From assembly GCA_965205015.1 (NCBI GenBank), contig OZ242029.1, positions 960,001-1,024,000 of the forward strand: 64,000 nt of DNA, written 5' to 3'. How positions within the stretch are numbered: position 1 is the first letter of the stretch; every line of letters starts with the position of its first letter. Below, in pieces: positions 47,462 to 57,490 of this stretch. This DNA is from Candidatus Poribacteria bacterium (GTDB lineage Bacteria; Poribacteria; WGA-4E; WGA-3G). The notes under the pieces were generated by a model. That model had not been told where the DNA came from, did no database searches, and worked only from the letters and a program-made list of their open reading frames with translations. Both the position numbers and the translations under genes were made by a program.

Positions 47462-48138
47462 TTGCGACTACTGCCTAAGACATCACTTTTAAGTTCTGCA
47501 AGCACCCGGTCGAGGTTAGCATCATCCGTGCGTTTTTTCAGATCAGCGGCATCGCGGCGATTTCGGTTTTCCCAAATTTCCGCCTCTTCTTCCGCCGATT
47601 TCAATTTTTGTTCAGACTGTGCTAAAGCAGTGGAGATCGCTTTTTCCGCTGTTGCGATTAATTTATAGAGTTTCGAGCGCGTCCCCGCTTGTTTCTGACG
47701 GTGGGATAGGTTTTCAGCGTGCCGCGCTGCACTTTGGAATTGCTGATAAAATTCGTGAAGTGCTGTTTTGAGGGTCTTTACGACCGCTGTCTGAGCAGCA
47801 ATTTGACGCTTATAACCGTCTGCCAGGTTCAGATGGTGTTGTCTGCGTCGTTGCGCTTCGCTTGCGCGTGCTGTGTCCTGATTCTGCAAAGCAGTGTTAG
47901 CCTTTTCACTCCACATGTTCGCTGTATCAACAGCCTCCTGATAAGCGCGTTTGAGTCTCTCTTCCTCTGCGATCACTATTGCCACCAGATCTTTTGCCTC
48001 ATCAAGTCGCACTTTCATGTCAACAACGGCTTTATCAAGCAGCGATTCGGCACCGTCCACCGCTTCCAGAAACTGGTTTATGTTTTTTCGAATCTGTTCT
48101 GAAATCTCCCTAAATCTTTTCATCATCATCGCCTCCAT
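47458..48138 (-). CDS. pspA: PspA/IM30 family protein
   Basis: Coiled coil of about 220 aa with PspA-like pattern (W..KA..AL......A..A, LAELK). Confidence 0.72.
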   Translation of the reverse strand: MEAMMMKRFREISEQIRKNINQFLEAVDGAESLLDKAVVDMKVRLDEAKDLVAIVIAEEERLKRAYQEAVDTANMWSEKANTALQNQDTARASEAQRRRQHHLNLADGYKRQIAAQTAVVKTLKTALHEFYQQFQSAARHAENLSHRQKQAGTRSKLYKLIATAEKAISTALAQSEQKLKSAEEEAEIWENRNRRDAADLKKRTDDANLDRVLAELKSDVLGSSRK

Positions 48139-48392
48139 CGTTCCATTATATCCAGTGTGCCGAGAAAATCAAGCGTAAACTTTTATCTTCATGAAAATCT
48201 AACCCTCCTCTGTGCCTATCGCCACAATGTAGCCGTCCCTCTTATTAGAAACATTGGGCTGAAAAAAGATAGTCAAAGAAACAATTTCCGACTTTTGGAC
48301 GGAACGAGGAAATCAGATACCGCTATTTTATCTGAGACGGACACAATGTTCCGTAATCAGCATTGACGAATTCTATGAAATAAAGTGCCAAC

Positions 48393-48959
48393 TTATCCAT
48401 GATGCCGCGCTTCTGTAAACTGGCGAAGTATTGTGATAGCGTCTGAAGGTCTACCCTCCTGTGGGGTCAACCAGACCTGAGGAGCATTCGGTTTCACCTC
48501 TAGCCATGCAGTATCCGTGCCCTGACTTCCTCCATGTTGCGACCCTATCCCACCAGATGCCCATTGTCCTAATATCATCTCTTTGGATAGGACCCAACAG
48601 TGAACATCATAGGGACTAAGCCCCAAACAAATGACAATATCGTAAACTTGATCTCTCAATTGCTGAAACTTATAGATACCACTCTTCCATAGGGTTGAAG
48701 ATTTTATCTCAACTCGCAATCCATTAATGATACGGTCAGCCTCGGAATCTGGAGAAGATGTAACATCAAAATTCTGTTCTATACACCATTGCTCTATAAG
48801 TTGTTCACCAACTTTCCCTCTTGTTCTGGAGGGTAAATCTTTAATCCAAGCGAATGGGCTTCCCACCCAGTCTGAATTATAATTTCTGTATTCGCTACGT
48901 AAGTTTGCAGCAATAGTGACTATTTCTCTCACATCAGAGTCAAACTGAAGATTTTCCAT
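48393..48959 (-). CDS. Putative PD-(D/E)xK restriction endonuclease
   Basis: GKVGE...ADRIING.RVEIK; AT-rich; TAATG coupling to the methyltransferase. Confidence 0.7.
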   Translation of the reverse strand: MENLQFDSDVREIVTIAANLRSEYRNYNSDWVGSPFAWIKDLPSRTRGKVGEQLIEQWCIEQNFDVTSSPDSEADRIINGLRVEIKSSTLWKSGIYKFQQLRDQVYDIVICLGLSPYDVHCWVLSKEMILGQWASGGIGSQHGGSQGTDTAWLEVKPNAPQVWLTPQEGRPSDAITILRQFTEARHHG

Positions 48960-49834
48960 TAGATTACCTCCATCAATGCATTACAGTCAACGTTGACAAG
49001 CTCTATTCCATAAAATGCCAACCTATCCATAATAATTTTGATTCCCGGTATATTATTGTCAATTAAAATTGAGGATCGATTGTGCAGTGCTGCAGACTCA
49101 CCGAGTGTGCCACTGCCAGCAAAAAAGTCTAAAAGGGTATCACCGGGTGAAGAATGCACCTTGACAATACGATTGAGAATCCCGAGTGGTTTTTGCGTTG
49201 GGTAGCCGGTTTTTTCACCACCATTAGTGGCAACAATGGTATGCCACCAAACATCGGTCGGCGTTTTACCGCGCGCTGCTTTTGCCTTGCCGACTAATCC
49301 GGGTGCCATATACGGAATTCTGTCCATTTCATCAAAATTGAAGGTGTAGTGCTCCGGCGTTTTGGCATACCATAAAATATTATCGTGTTTGGCGGGCCAC
49401 CTCGACTTGGGTCTCCCACCGTAATCGTAAGCCCAAATAATCTCATTGACGAAAGCTTCGCGTCCGAAAATCTCATCAAGCATTACCTTACAATAATGCA
49501 CTTCGCGATAATCGATATGGAGGAAGAAACTGCCGTGCGGATGAAGCACACGATACGCTTCTTCAAACCGAGGTCGCAAAAACTGCAAATAGGCATCCGA
49601 ACTCTCAAACTTATCGGTGTAATGCGTGGTTTTACCTGTGAGGGTTCGATATGTGTTACCTTGGAAGCCGACCCGATCGCCATCGGTATCCAGTTCGACC
49701 TGGATCTCCGTACGCTTTTGGAGCTTTCCCGTGTTAAACGGCGGATCAATATAAATCAGATTGATGCTTTCATCAGGCACATACTTTTGAAGAATTTCGA
49801 GGTTATCGCCGTAATAAAGTTGATGCTTAGACAT
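48959..49834 (-). CDS. N6A/N4C DNA methyltransferase (beta class)
   Basis: DPPF before DFFAGSGT, YPTQKP. Confidence 0.93.
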   Translation of the reverse strand: MSKHQLYYGDNLEILQKYVPDESINLIYIDPPFNTGKLQKRTEIQVELDTDGDRVGFQGNTYRTLTGKTTHYTDKFESSDAYLQFLRPRFEEAYRVLHPHGSFFLHIDYREVHYCKVMLDEIFGREAFVNEIIWAYDYGGRPKSRWPAKHDNILWYAKTPEHYTFNFDEMDRIPYMAPGLVGKAKAARGKTPTDVWWHTIVATNGGEKTGYPTQKPLGILNRIVKVHSSPGDTLLDFFAGSGTLGESAALHNRSSILIDNNIPGIKIIMDRLAFYGIELVNVDCNALMEVI

Positions 49835-50093
49835 TTGATCTCCTATTCTGTATACAATCAGGTATGAGCGATATTCTTCACTGCCAAAGGCAAAAAGGAA
49901 TTAATTCCAGTTCTCAACACCGCTTACGATCTTTTTTCATCGCCTCCAGCAACATTATACCAGCGTTAGGGCAATATATCAAGATTATGTTCACGAACGT
50001 TTTGTGCACATGAGATTTTTCTTGACTCCACAAAATTTTTCGTGTAAAATTTTAAGAGCGGTATTGTCAGACTTATAAAGAGACGAGAACCTC

Positions 50094-51872
50094 ATGCGCA
50101 TTCTGAATCTGAATCGTAAACTCAAAAGTGCAAAACGTTTGCCAGAGATCGTTAGCATCTTTGCGAGACACGGCTTCGGACATATCATCTCTCAAATTTT
50201 TGAGCGAGGACGGACACGTCGTTTCAGACTCAAAAGCGTGTTCACGCCGAAGGCGAGAGAAGATACCCATTCCCAGAAACCGAGGTGGTGGGGTTTCCGA
50301 AATGTGAGGAAGGATTCAGATGTAAATACTTCAGGGACACTCTTATCCGTTCCGGAGCGTTTGCGACTTGCGTTTGAAGAGTTGGGACCAACGTTCGTTA
50401 AGTTAGGGCAAGTTCTTAGCACTCGAGTGGATATTCTCTCTGAACTCGTCGGACAAGAAGAAGCCTTGACGTGGAGCACCGAATTCCAGAAATTGCAACG
50501 ACACGCACAGCCGTTCGATTTCTCAGAGGTTCGCACCACCATTGAACAGGAATTTGAATTGCCGCTTGAGAAGGTCTTCTTAACCTACGAACAACAACCA
50601 TTCGCGGCGGCTTCAATCGCGCAGGTGCACGCAGCAACGTTAGAAACAGGTGAGCCGGTAGTCGTTAAAGTCCAACGCCCACGTGTGGCAACGATCATTC
50701 AGACGGACCTCAATCTATTGATGGAGTTAGCAGAGCGGCTTGAGAATAGAGACCCAGAGATGCATCTCTTCAAACCGACTGAGCTCGTCCGAGAGTTCTC
50801 ACGCTCAATTCGGAAAGAGATCGATTTTACAATTGAAGCCGCGAATACAGATGCTTTCTATCAGAGGTTCGCAACGTCGCCAAAGGTGAAAATTCCCAGA
50901 GTCTATTGGGAATTCACGAATCGCCGTGTTTTGACTTTGGAACGGATCGATGGCGTGCCAATTAACGCAATCGCTCAATTGGATGAGATGGGGTTCGATC
51001 GGACGGAACTCGCTGAGACGCTCGTGGAAATGTTCTACACACAGGTGCTGAACGATGGCTTTTTCCACGCGGATCCGCATCCAGGAAATATTTTCGTTTT
51101 AGAGGACGGACGGATCGGACTGGTAGACTTCGGCATGGTGGGTAGAATCAGCAACGATATGCTGCGGCATATCTGTAATTGGCTGAGCGCAGTGTTAACC
51201 AAAGACGTAGATGGGGTCGTTAGAAGTTACATCCGAATGGGAATTTTGGGGGACGGAACAGACATCGCAGCGTTAAAGTTAGAAATGCACGATTTCTTAG
51301 AGCGCCATTTCAATATGCCACCAAGTAGACTCCGTCTCGGTGAGGTAATTCACGAAGTTTTTAATGCATCGCTGCGCCACCAAATTCATGTGCCGCCAGC
51401 CTTTCTAATGCTCGGTAAGACTGTTGCAACAGTTGAATCGGTTGTGATGAAACTGAATCCTGATTTCGATATTTTGAAATTCAGTCAACCGTATATTGCG
51501 CAATTTCTCGTCCAAAATTTTGGAAGCAAACGGTGGGAGCGACAGATAGCAGATTCTATGGAAGATTTCACGGAATTGGTCCGCGATACACCGCTTCAAC
51601 TGCATCGTATTCTGCAAAAACTACAACGAGGTTCTCTTAAATTTGAACTTGAGCATCTGAGCCTTGAAGCGGTGATTAAGGTATTTGACCGTGTCGTCAA
51701 TCGGATCGCTTTTAGTCTCATCATTGCCTCACTGATTGTAGGCTCATCGATCATCCTACAAGTCGCTGAAATCTGGGAATGGAAGTTTTTTCTTGGGATT
51801 ATGGGGTATTTGACAGCAACCTTCTTTGGATTCGGATTGGTAATCTCTATTTTGCGTTCGGGTCGGTTCTAA
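50094..51872 (+). CDS. AarF/UbiB (ABC1) family kinase-like protein
   Basis: LGPTFVKLGQ, AASIAQVH, VKVQRP, HADPHPGN, DFG. Confidence 0.93.
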   Translation: MRILNLNRKLKSAKRLPEIVSIFARHGFGHIISQIFERGRTRRFRLKSVFTPKAREDTHSQKPRWWGFRNVRKDSDVNTSGTLLSVPERLRLAFEELGPTFVKLGQVLSTRVDILSELVGQEEALTWSTEFQKLQRHAQPFDFSEVRTTIEQEFELPLEKVFLTYEQQPFAAASIAQVHAATLETGEPVVVKVQRPRVATIIQTDLNLLMELAERLENRDPEMHLFKPTELVREFSRSIRKEIDFTIEAANTDAFYQRFATSPKVKIPRVYWEFTNRRVLTLERIDGVPINAIAQLDEMGFDRTELAETLVEMFYTQVLNDGFFHADPHPGNIFVLEDGRIGLVDFGMVGRISNDMLRHICNWLSAVLTKDVDGVVRSYIRMGILGDGTDIAALKLEMHDFLERHFNMPPSRLRLGEVIHEVFNASLRHQIHVPPAFLMLGKTVATVESVVMKLNPDFDILKFSQPYIAQFLVQNFGSKRWERQIADSMEDFTELVRDTPLQLHRILQKLQRGSLKFELEHLSLEAVIKVFDRVVNRIAFSLIIASLIVGSSIILQVAEIWEWKFFLGIMGYLTATFFGFGLVISILRSGRF

Positions 51873-51931
51873 TTTTTTAATTTATGGCATTCCGTGGGGC
51901 GTTTCTTTAGCCCAGGAGCAATCGTTTAAAA

Positions 51932-52378
51932 ATGGCAATTCTACTCGGATTAGATGTTGGTGATACACGTATTGGTGTTGCGCTCAGCGACGTGCTCGGT
52001 ATTGCGGCACACCCATTGTGTACACTCACCCGAAAAAACCGGAAGGTTGATTTAATTGCTATCTCGGATCTCGTTTCCATCCACAAGGTGGAATGTATCG
52101 TCATCGGTCTGCCTATCTCTCTTGACGGCTCTATCGGCACGCAGGCGGAGAAGGTCCAGAAGTTTGCGGAACGCCTGAAACATGTAATTGACATTCCGAT
52201 TGAATTTCAGGATGAACGTTTTACAACCGCTGAAGCAGAAGAGATTTTGCGTGAACTTAATAAAGACACAAAAGCACAGAAAGAACTTATTGACGAGGTG
52301 GCAGCGGTAATTATTCTCAAAGACTATTTAAATAGCAAACGGGAGGTGGATCCCACAGCCCCTACAGAGGATTCCTAA
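51932..52378 (+). CDS. ruvX: YqgF/RuvX pre-16S rRNA nuclease
   Basis: LGLDVG..RIGVA.SD, GLP, DERFTT. Confidence 0.93.
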   Translation: MAILLGLDVGDTRIGVALSDVLGIAAHPLCTLTRKNRKVDLIAISDLVSIHKVECIVIGLPISLDGSIGTQAEKVQKFAERLKHVIDIPIEFQDERFTTAEAEEILRELNKDTKAQKELIDEVAAVIILKDYLNSKREVDPTAPTEDS

Positions 52379-52401
52379 TCTTTCGATTCGGATATGTCAA
52401 G

Positions 52402-53565
52402 ATGTTACGAGGAACTCTCCAACAACTATTACGAAAATACAGGGGGTCTGCACAAACAGAACCGAGAGCTGAAGGGTCTTCAGAAAGTCCACACGGTCTT
52501 TCACCATCTGTCCAATCACCGAAGCGTCAAGATTCCTCTCTCTCAACAACACGAAAAATTAAGATAGGCATACTAACGCTCTGCTGTCTTGGTGTTCTCT
52601 GCCTCATTATCTTGCTGATTGGGGTATCCCTAACGCGACCCCCTACATCGTCAGGAGAAGTTGTCAATTTTGACGTGCCAGTAGGGAGCAGTTCTCGGGC
52701 AATAGCAAAGCGATTAATTGAACAAAAGTTGATACGCAGCGAACACGCCTTTCGTTTAGCCGTCCGATATAGAGGGACTGGTAAACGCCTACAAGCTGGA
52801 ACCTATGTGTTACAGCGGAACATGTCCCTGTGGGCTCTTCTTGATGCCCTTGAAAAGGGGCAAGTTACGCTTGTGAGTTGGACGGTGCCAGAGGGTTTAA
52901 CGACAGCCGCTATTGCTCAACTTTGGGAAACGAGCGGCTTTGGGACAGCCGAGGCATTCCGGAAAGCCTCTGAATCCCAGCATTTATTGGAGCGGTATGG
53001 GCTTACAGACAAAACTGCGGAAGGTTATCTTTTTCCGAATACCTACAAATTCGCAAAAGGCACAACAACTGAGAAAGTTGTTGAGATGATGCTTGATGAA
53101 TTTAAACAGCAATGGACGGAAAAATTTGACGAGGCGGCAGAAAATTTAGGGCGTACCCGTCACGAAATTGTAACGCTCGCCTCTATCATTGAAAAGGAAG
53201 CACAATCTGATCTGGAACGTCCCCGCATTTCAAGTGTCTTCCATAACCGGCTCACACGCAAGTGGAAACTTCAGGCGGATCCAACGGTGCTTTATGCCTT
53301 AGGGAACCCAGAAAGCCCCTTAAGGAAAGCCGACCTACAGGTGGATTCGCCTTATAACACGTATAAATACAAGGGTTTACCCCCTGGTCCTATTACGAAT
53401 CCAGGTATTGATTCAATTGTAGCCGCACTGCGCCCCGAAAAAACAGACTATCTCTACTTCGTGGCGGTAGGCGATGGAAAGCACCACTTTTCAAAGACGC
53501 TTTCAGAACACAATCGAATGATACGAAAAATCCGGCGTGCTTCTCGTAAGCATGTTCCGCAGTGA
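52402..53565 (+). CDS. mltG: Endolytic transglycosylase MltG
   Basis: EGYLFPNTY, ASIIEKE, LQADPT, SPYNTY...GLPPGPI. Confidence 0.94.
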   Translation: MLRGTLQQLLRKYRGSAQTEPRAEGSSESPHGLSPSVQSPKRQDSSLSTTRKIKIGILTLCCLGVLCLIILLIGVSLTRPPTSSGEVVNFDVPVGSSSRAIAKRLIEQKLIRSEHAFRLAVRYRGTGKRLQAGTYVLQRNMSLWALLDALEKGQVTLVSWTVPEGLTTAAIAQLWETSGFGTAEAFRKASESQHLLERYGLTDKTAEGYLFPNTYKFAKGTTTEKVVEMMLDEFKQQWTEKFDEAAENLGRTRHEIVTLASIIEKEAQSDLERPRISSVFHNRLTRKWKLQADPTVLYALGNPESPLRKADLQVDSPYNTYKYKGLPPGPITNPGIDSIVAALRPEKTDYLYFVAVGDGKHHFSKTLSEHNRMIRKIRRASRKHVPQ

Positions 53566-53715
53566 TAACAAAACAGCGGTCGGTTCTCTATCGGCAGTCA
53601 CTCAGATGGCACGGTGGACAGGTGAAAAGATGGGGACTCAAGTCGAAGAACCCTCCGTCTTCCATCCGAAAACGCAAGCCCCAACGGGGCGAAATGTGCA
53701 TAGGAATAAAAGCGA

Positions 53716-55002
53716 ATGGCAAAAGCTGATTCACAGCAAACAATTCAAAATGAAATAACAATGACAGGAAAAGGGTTAATGTTAGGGGAACCTGTGACAT
53801 TAACCTTGAAACCCGCCCCCGCAGATTCCGGTATCGTTTTTCGACGGGTGGATATCGCCGGTGCCCCAGAAGTGAAGGTATGTCAGGAAAACTGGGCAGA
53901 TATTCTGCCTCGATGTACCAGTTTACGCAGCGGTGATACAACCGTTAGTAGCGTCGAACACATCCTCTCAGCACTCGGGGGTCTCGGCGTTGACAACGCG
54001 ACAGTGGAACTTGACGCATCAGAACCCCCTGGGCTTGATGGGAGTGCGGTGCCATACGTCGAAAACATTCAAGCAGCCGGACTTGTTCAACAGGATACAC
54101 CACGGAAGTTTATTGAAGTCCGAGAGCCGTTTGCGCTTTCTGTAGCGGATAAGCAACTCGTGTTGCTACCTGCCGACGCGTTAGAGGTAACATTCGTTTA
54201 CGCGCATCCGCAGACGAAACCACAAACAATGACCCTTCAAATAACCCCAGAATCATACGCCTCCGACATCGCGCCAGCGCGGAGCTTCTGTTTTGAAAAT
54301 GAAATTGAAGCACTACAAGCCCTCGGTATTGGGAAAGGGGCAAACTACGATAACGTCGTTGTTATCAATGCCGAAGGTGAATCCAGCACACCCCTACGGT
54401 TTGAAGACGAGTTTGTCCGACATAAAATCCTTGATCTGATTGGGGATCTCTATTTAGCCGGACATATGCCGAAGGCACATGTTCTCGCGATGCGAACTGG
54501 ACATATGTTTCACGCGGAATTTGTGCAAGCGCTCGCCGAGGCGGACTATCTTCAACAGGCCCCTGTTCAAGAACCGATTGAGGTAATGGATATCTATGAA
54601 GTGTTGCCGCACCGGCATCCGATGTGCATGGTTGATAGAGTTATTGAATACGAAAGTAAAAAGCGCGCCGTAGGCATCAAGAACGTGACTTATAACGAAC
54701 CGATTTTTGAAGGACATTTCCCGACGCGCCCCGTGATGCCTGGCGTGCTACAAATTGAAGCACTCGCACAACTCGCCGCATGGCTCGTGCTGCGAGACAT
54801 CGGTAAGGAAGGTGAACTTGGCTATTTTCGCTCAATCAACAAGGCAACGTTCCGACGCGCTGTCATTCCGGGGGACCAACTCCGATTGGAAATAGAGGTC
54901 GCCCAACTACGGAGCAGAATTGCTCGCATTGAAGGTCGCGTTTACGTAGAAGACAAACTCGCTACAGAGGCAGAACTGTCAATCGTATTGGCCTCTGTCT
55001 GA
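53716..55002 (+). CDS. lpxC: Bifunctional LpxC-FabZ fusion
   Basis: VEH..SA, ARSF, RHKILD (LpxC); LPHRHP, GHFP..PVMPGVLQIEA (FabZ). Confidence 0.93.
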   Translation: MAKADSQQTIQNEITMTGKGLMLGEPVTLTLKPAPADSGIVFRRVDIAGAPEVKVCQENWADILPRCTSLRSGDTTVSSVEHILSALGGLGVDNATVELDASEPPGLDGSAVPYVENIQAAGLVQQDTPRKFIEVREPFALSVADKQLVLLPADALEVTFVYAHPQTKPQTMTLQITPESYASDIAPARSFCFENEIEALQALGIGKGANYDNVVVINAEGESSTPLRFEDEFVRHKILDLIGDLYLAGHMPKAHVLAMRTGHMFHAEFVQALAEADYLQQAPVQEPIEVMDIYEVLPHRHPMCMVDRVIEYESKKRAVGIKNVTYNEPIFEGHFPTRPVMPGVLQIEALAQLAAWLVLRDIGKEGELGYFRSINKATFRRAVIPGDQLRLEIEVAQLRSRIARIEGRVYVEDKLATEAELSIVLASV

Positions 55003-55006
55003 TTTA

Positions 55007-55147
55007 TGGTTGTCAGTTATCAGTTGTCAGTTGTCAGTTAAGACAGGTAGCACGGACAATTGTTTGCAACTGCCATAAGCCTCTCTTTAACTGATAACTG
55101 AAAGGATTTTTTACGGCGTAAAAAATCCGACTGACTGCTGATAACTA
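55007..55147. repeat. Heptamer-arm intergenic palindrome
   Basis: GGTTGTC AGTTATC AGTTGTC AGTTGTC AGTTAAG ... TTAACTGATAACTGA ... CTGATAACTA. Confidence 0.82.
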
Positions 55148-55165
55148 TTAAACGGAGGGACATCT

Positions 55166-55984
55166 GTGCTAGAAACCAATATTCACCCTACGGCTATTAT
55201 CTCTCCAAAAGCAACGCTGGAAGAAGGGGTTAAGATTGGCCCCTACAGTCTTGTCGGTGAAGATGTCCATATAGGGCGCGGCACCGTGATCGGTCCCCAC
55301 GTTCAGATTGAAAAATGGACAACTATCGGAGAAGAATGCAAAATCTTCTTCGGGGCTACCATCGGTAACGAATCCAAAGATCTGAAGTACGGGGGTTGGC
55401 GGAGTTACGTGAAAATCGGGAATCGCAATATACTACGCGAATACGTCTCCATCTCCAGGTCATCCTTTGAAGAGGAAGCAACTATCGTTGGGGACAATAA
55501 TTTGCTGATGAATTGGGTTAACCTCGCACATGATACCATTGTTGGCAATAGAACAATCATGGCAAACTTCGTCTCGCTTGCAGGGCATGTCGTGATTGAA
55601 GATGATGTCCGACTGGGGGCGCATGCGGCACTGCACCAATACGTGCGCGTAGGCAAAATGGCAATGGCAGGCGGTTTCTCAAAAATTGTGCAGGATATCC
55701 CACCCTTTGCCCTCTCCGCCGGACAACCAGCGCGGGTCCGGGACCTCAACCGTATCGGTATCCGAACATCGCGGATTAACCCTTTATCACAGCTCACACC
55801 GGAAGCACTCGCGGCACTAAAAAAGGCGTTCCGCATCCTGTTCCGCTCAGGGCTACCCCTCAAACACGCAGTCACAAGAGTCAGAGAAACACTTGAACCA
55901 ACCCCAGAAGTCGAATATTTACTTAAATTTATAGAAACTTCCAAACGTGGCATAGGATTTAGTCAACCGAATCGCACGCCTTAA
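55166..55984 (+). CDS. lpxA: UDP-N-acetylglucosamine O-acyltransferase
   Basis: IHPTAII, hexapeptide repeats, AHD, LAGHV, HQ, QDIPP. Confidence 0.92.
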   Translation: MLETNIHPTAIISPKATLEEGVKIGPYSLVGEDVHIGRGTVIGPHVQIEKWTTIGEECKIFFGATIGNESKDLKYGGWRSYVKIGNRNILREYVSISRSSFEEEATIVGDNNLLMNWVNLAHDTIVGNRTIMANFVSLAGHVVIEDDVRLGAHAALHQYVRVGKMAMAGGFSKIVQDIPPFALSAGQPARVRDLNRIGIRTSRINPLSQLTPEALAALKKAFRILFRSGLPLKHAVTRVRETLEPTPEVEYLLKFIETSKRGIGFSQPNRTP

Positions 55985-56114
55985 CGGTTTTTTCCGAGGC
56001 ACGAGCGAGGTGATACCCCTGTTCGGTCTTCGCGAAAACCTGTGTGGAATATTGTCCTGTAAGCCTTTATAGGCTCGCACAAGGAGCACAAGGCGAAAGC
56101 CTGATAATCAAAAA

Positions 56115-56918
56115 ATGGAAAAATTGGGTATTATTGCAGGCGCAGGTGAACTACCAGTGCTATTAGCACGTGCCGCTGTTGCCCATGAACGACACCCCGT
56201 TATCATCCAAATCACCAAGTCCGACGCGCAACGCTTTGCCGGAATCGAATGCGAACTCCATACTTATGGGGTGGGCCAGATTCAAAGGATCGCCCGAACA
56301 CTTCTCAACTCAGGCGTGAAAGAGGTTGTGATCATCGGGAAAGTCGAAAAAAACATCCTCCTTCGCCCCTTCCAAATTGATACGACCACCATTAAAATTC
56401 TCGTACAGAACCGACGCGAAAAACCTGCCGTAATCGTTAACGCAGCACTTAACTATCTCGAATCCGCCGGACTTACCATTCTCACCCAAGATCAGTACCT
56501 CCAACACCTTCTCCCACAGCCCAGCGTTTTAACAACTCGACAACCGACCGCGAATCAATGGACAGATATTGAACTCGGTATCAGTATCGCTCGCCAGATA
56601 GCAAACATGGATATCGGGCAAACGGTTGTCGTTAAGAACCAGATTGTCCTTGCCATGGAAGCCATTGAAGGGACAGATGTGACCATTGAGAGGGGAGGAA
56701 AGTTGGGAAAGCAGGGAGTCGTCGTCGCGAAAGCCGCCGCTGAGAACCACGATTTTCGTATTGATGTGCCGACGGTGGGAATGCAAACGCTTGAAGTGCT
56801 ACATCAAGTTAAAGCGAGTGTGTTAGCAGTGGAAGCGCGACGAACATTTGTAATGGATACCGATGTGCTCATTCAGCAAGCAGACCGGTGGAAGATCGCA
56901 ATTGTTGCTGTAAAATAA
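56115..56918 (+). CDS. lpxI: UDP-2,3-diacylglucosamine diphosphatase LpxI
   Basis: GIIAGAGELP, DIGQTVVV, EAIEGTD, D.R.DVPTVG. Confidence 0.92.
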   Translation: MEKLGIIAGAGELPVLLARAAVAHERHPVIIQITKSDAQRFAGIECELHTYGVGQIQRIARTLLNSGVKEVVIIGKVEKNILLRPFQIDTTTIKILVQNRREKPAVIVNAALNYLESAGLTILTQDQYLQHLLPQPSVLTTRQPTANQWTDIELGISIARQIANMDIGQTVVVKNQIVLAMEAIEGTDVTIERGGKLGKQGVVVAKAAAENHDFRIDVPTVGMQTLEVLHQVKASVLAVEARRTFVMDTDVLIQQADRWKIAIVAVK

Positions 56919-57001
56919 AAAAAGACGGAGGCATTGTCCCGCAAGTTCCCTCTATAGGAAACCTGCGCGCGCTAACGCCGCCGCCTTTCCAAAGACGCTG
57001 G

Positions 57002-57235
57002 CTATGCCGCCGCGTCCATTGCGACTGTTATCTGCTCCGTCGTCGGAAACTGTCCGGTTTCTAACTTTGAATAGAGCAGTGTCCCGTTCAACGAGACTTC
57101 AAAAGCCCCACCACTGCCGGGGATCAGATCAACCGTTTTAACCGCCGCACCATATTTCTGTTTCAAGGCATCTGCCAAACTGGCTGCCCGTGGTTGGTAG
57201 TTTCAGGCGGTGCAGTATTCGATTCTCACTTCCAT
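57002..57235 (-). CDS. SelW/SelT/SelH (Rdx family) selenoprotein, CxxU
   Basis: MEVRIEYCTA-U-NYQPRAASLA...PGSGGAFEV..NG.LLYSKLETGQFP, 77 aa; GAGGAGG SD; TGA at 57203-57205. Missing from ORF track. Confidence 0.9.
57167..57188 (-). promoter_or_regulatory. Candidate SECIS hairpin
   Basis: GGCA-GCCA-GTT-TGGC-AGA-TGCC starting 14 nt after the UGA. Confidence 0.55.
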
Positions 57236-57490
57236 GGAAATTGTTCCTCCTCATTAATTTTGACATTGCCTGTCATCATAAATCCAATCGTCTCTTATGA
57301 AATTTTACAACAAACATTGCAAAATTGCAAGTTTTTTCTTCCTCCACAAATTAGTGAAGATTGGCATGGATTTTGCTACATTTTCGTGTAAATACTCGCT
57401 CCGTTTGCAGAAACGAAATTGTAAAGTATACACCACCACCGTGCTGAGCCTAACTCACCAATGCGAAGCCAGTAAACAGGTGTTCAAATT

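Noticed and set aside
48139-48392. Short ORF 48157-48366 and other small intergenic ORFs (e.g. 40229-40456, 53537-53758)
   Set aside because: No family motifs or convincing RBS; they partly overlap repeats or real genes.
53716-55002. LpxC-FabZ fusion as a novelty
   Set aside because: This fusion is already well known, e.g. in Bacteroidota.
55166-55984. LpxA has NLAHD where E. coli has HIAHD
   Set aside because: The catalytic His of AHD and the other motifs are intact; one substitution is too little to claim altered function.
57240-57490. Possible riboswitch upstream of tonB
   Set aside because: No recognisable cobalamin or TPP riboswitch consensus; it looks like an AT-rich divergent promoter region.
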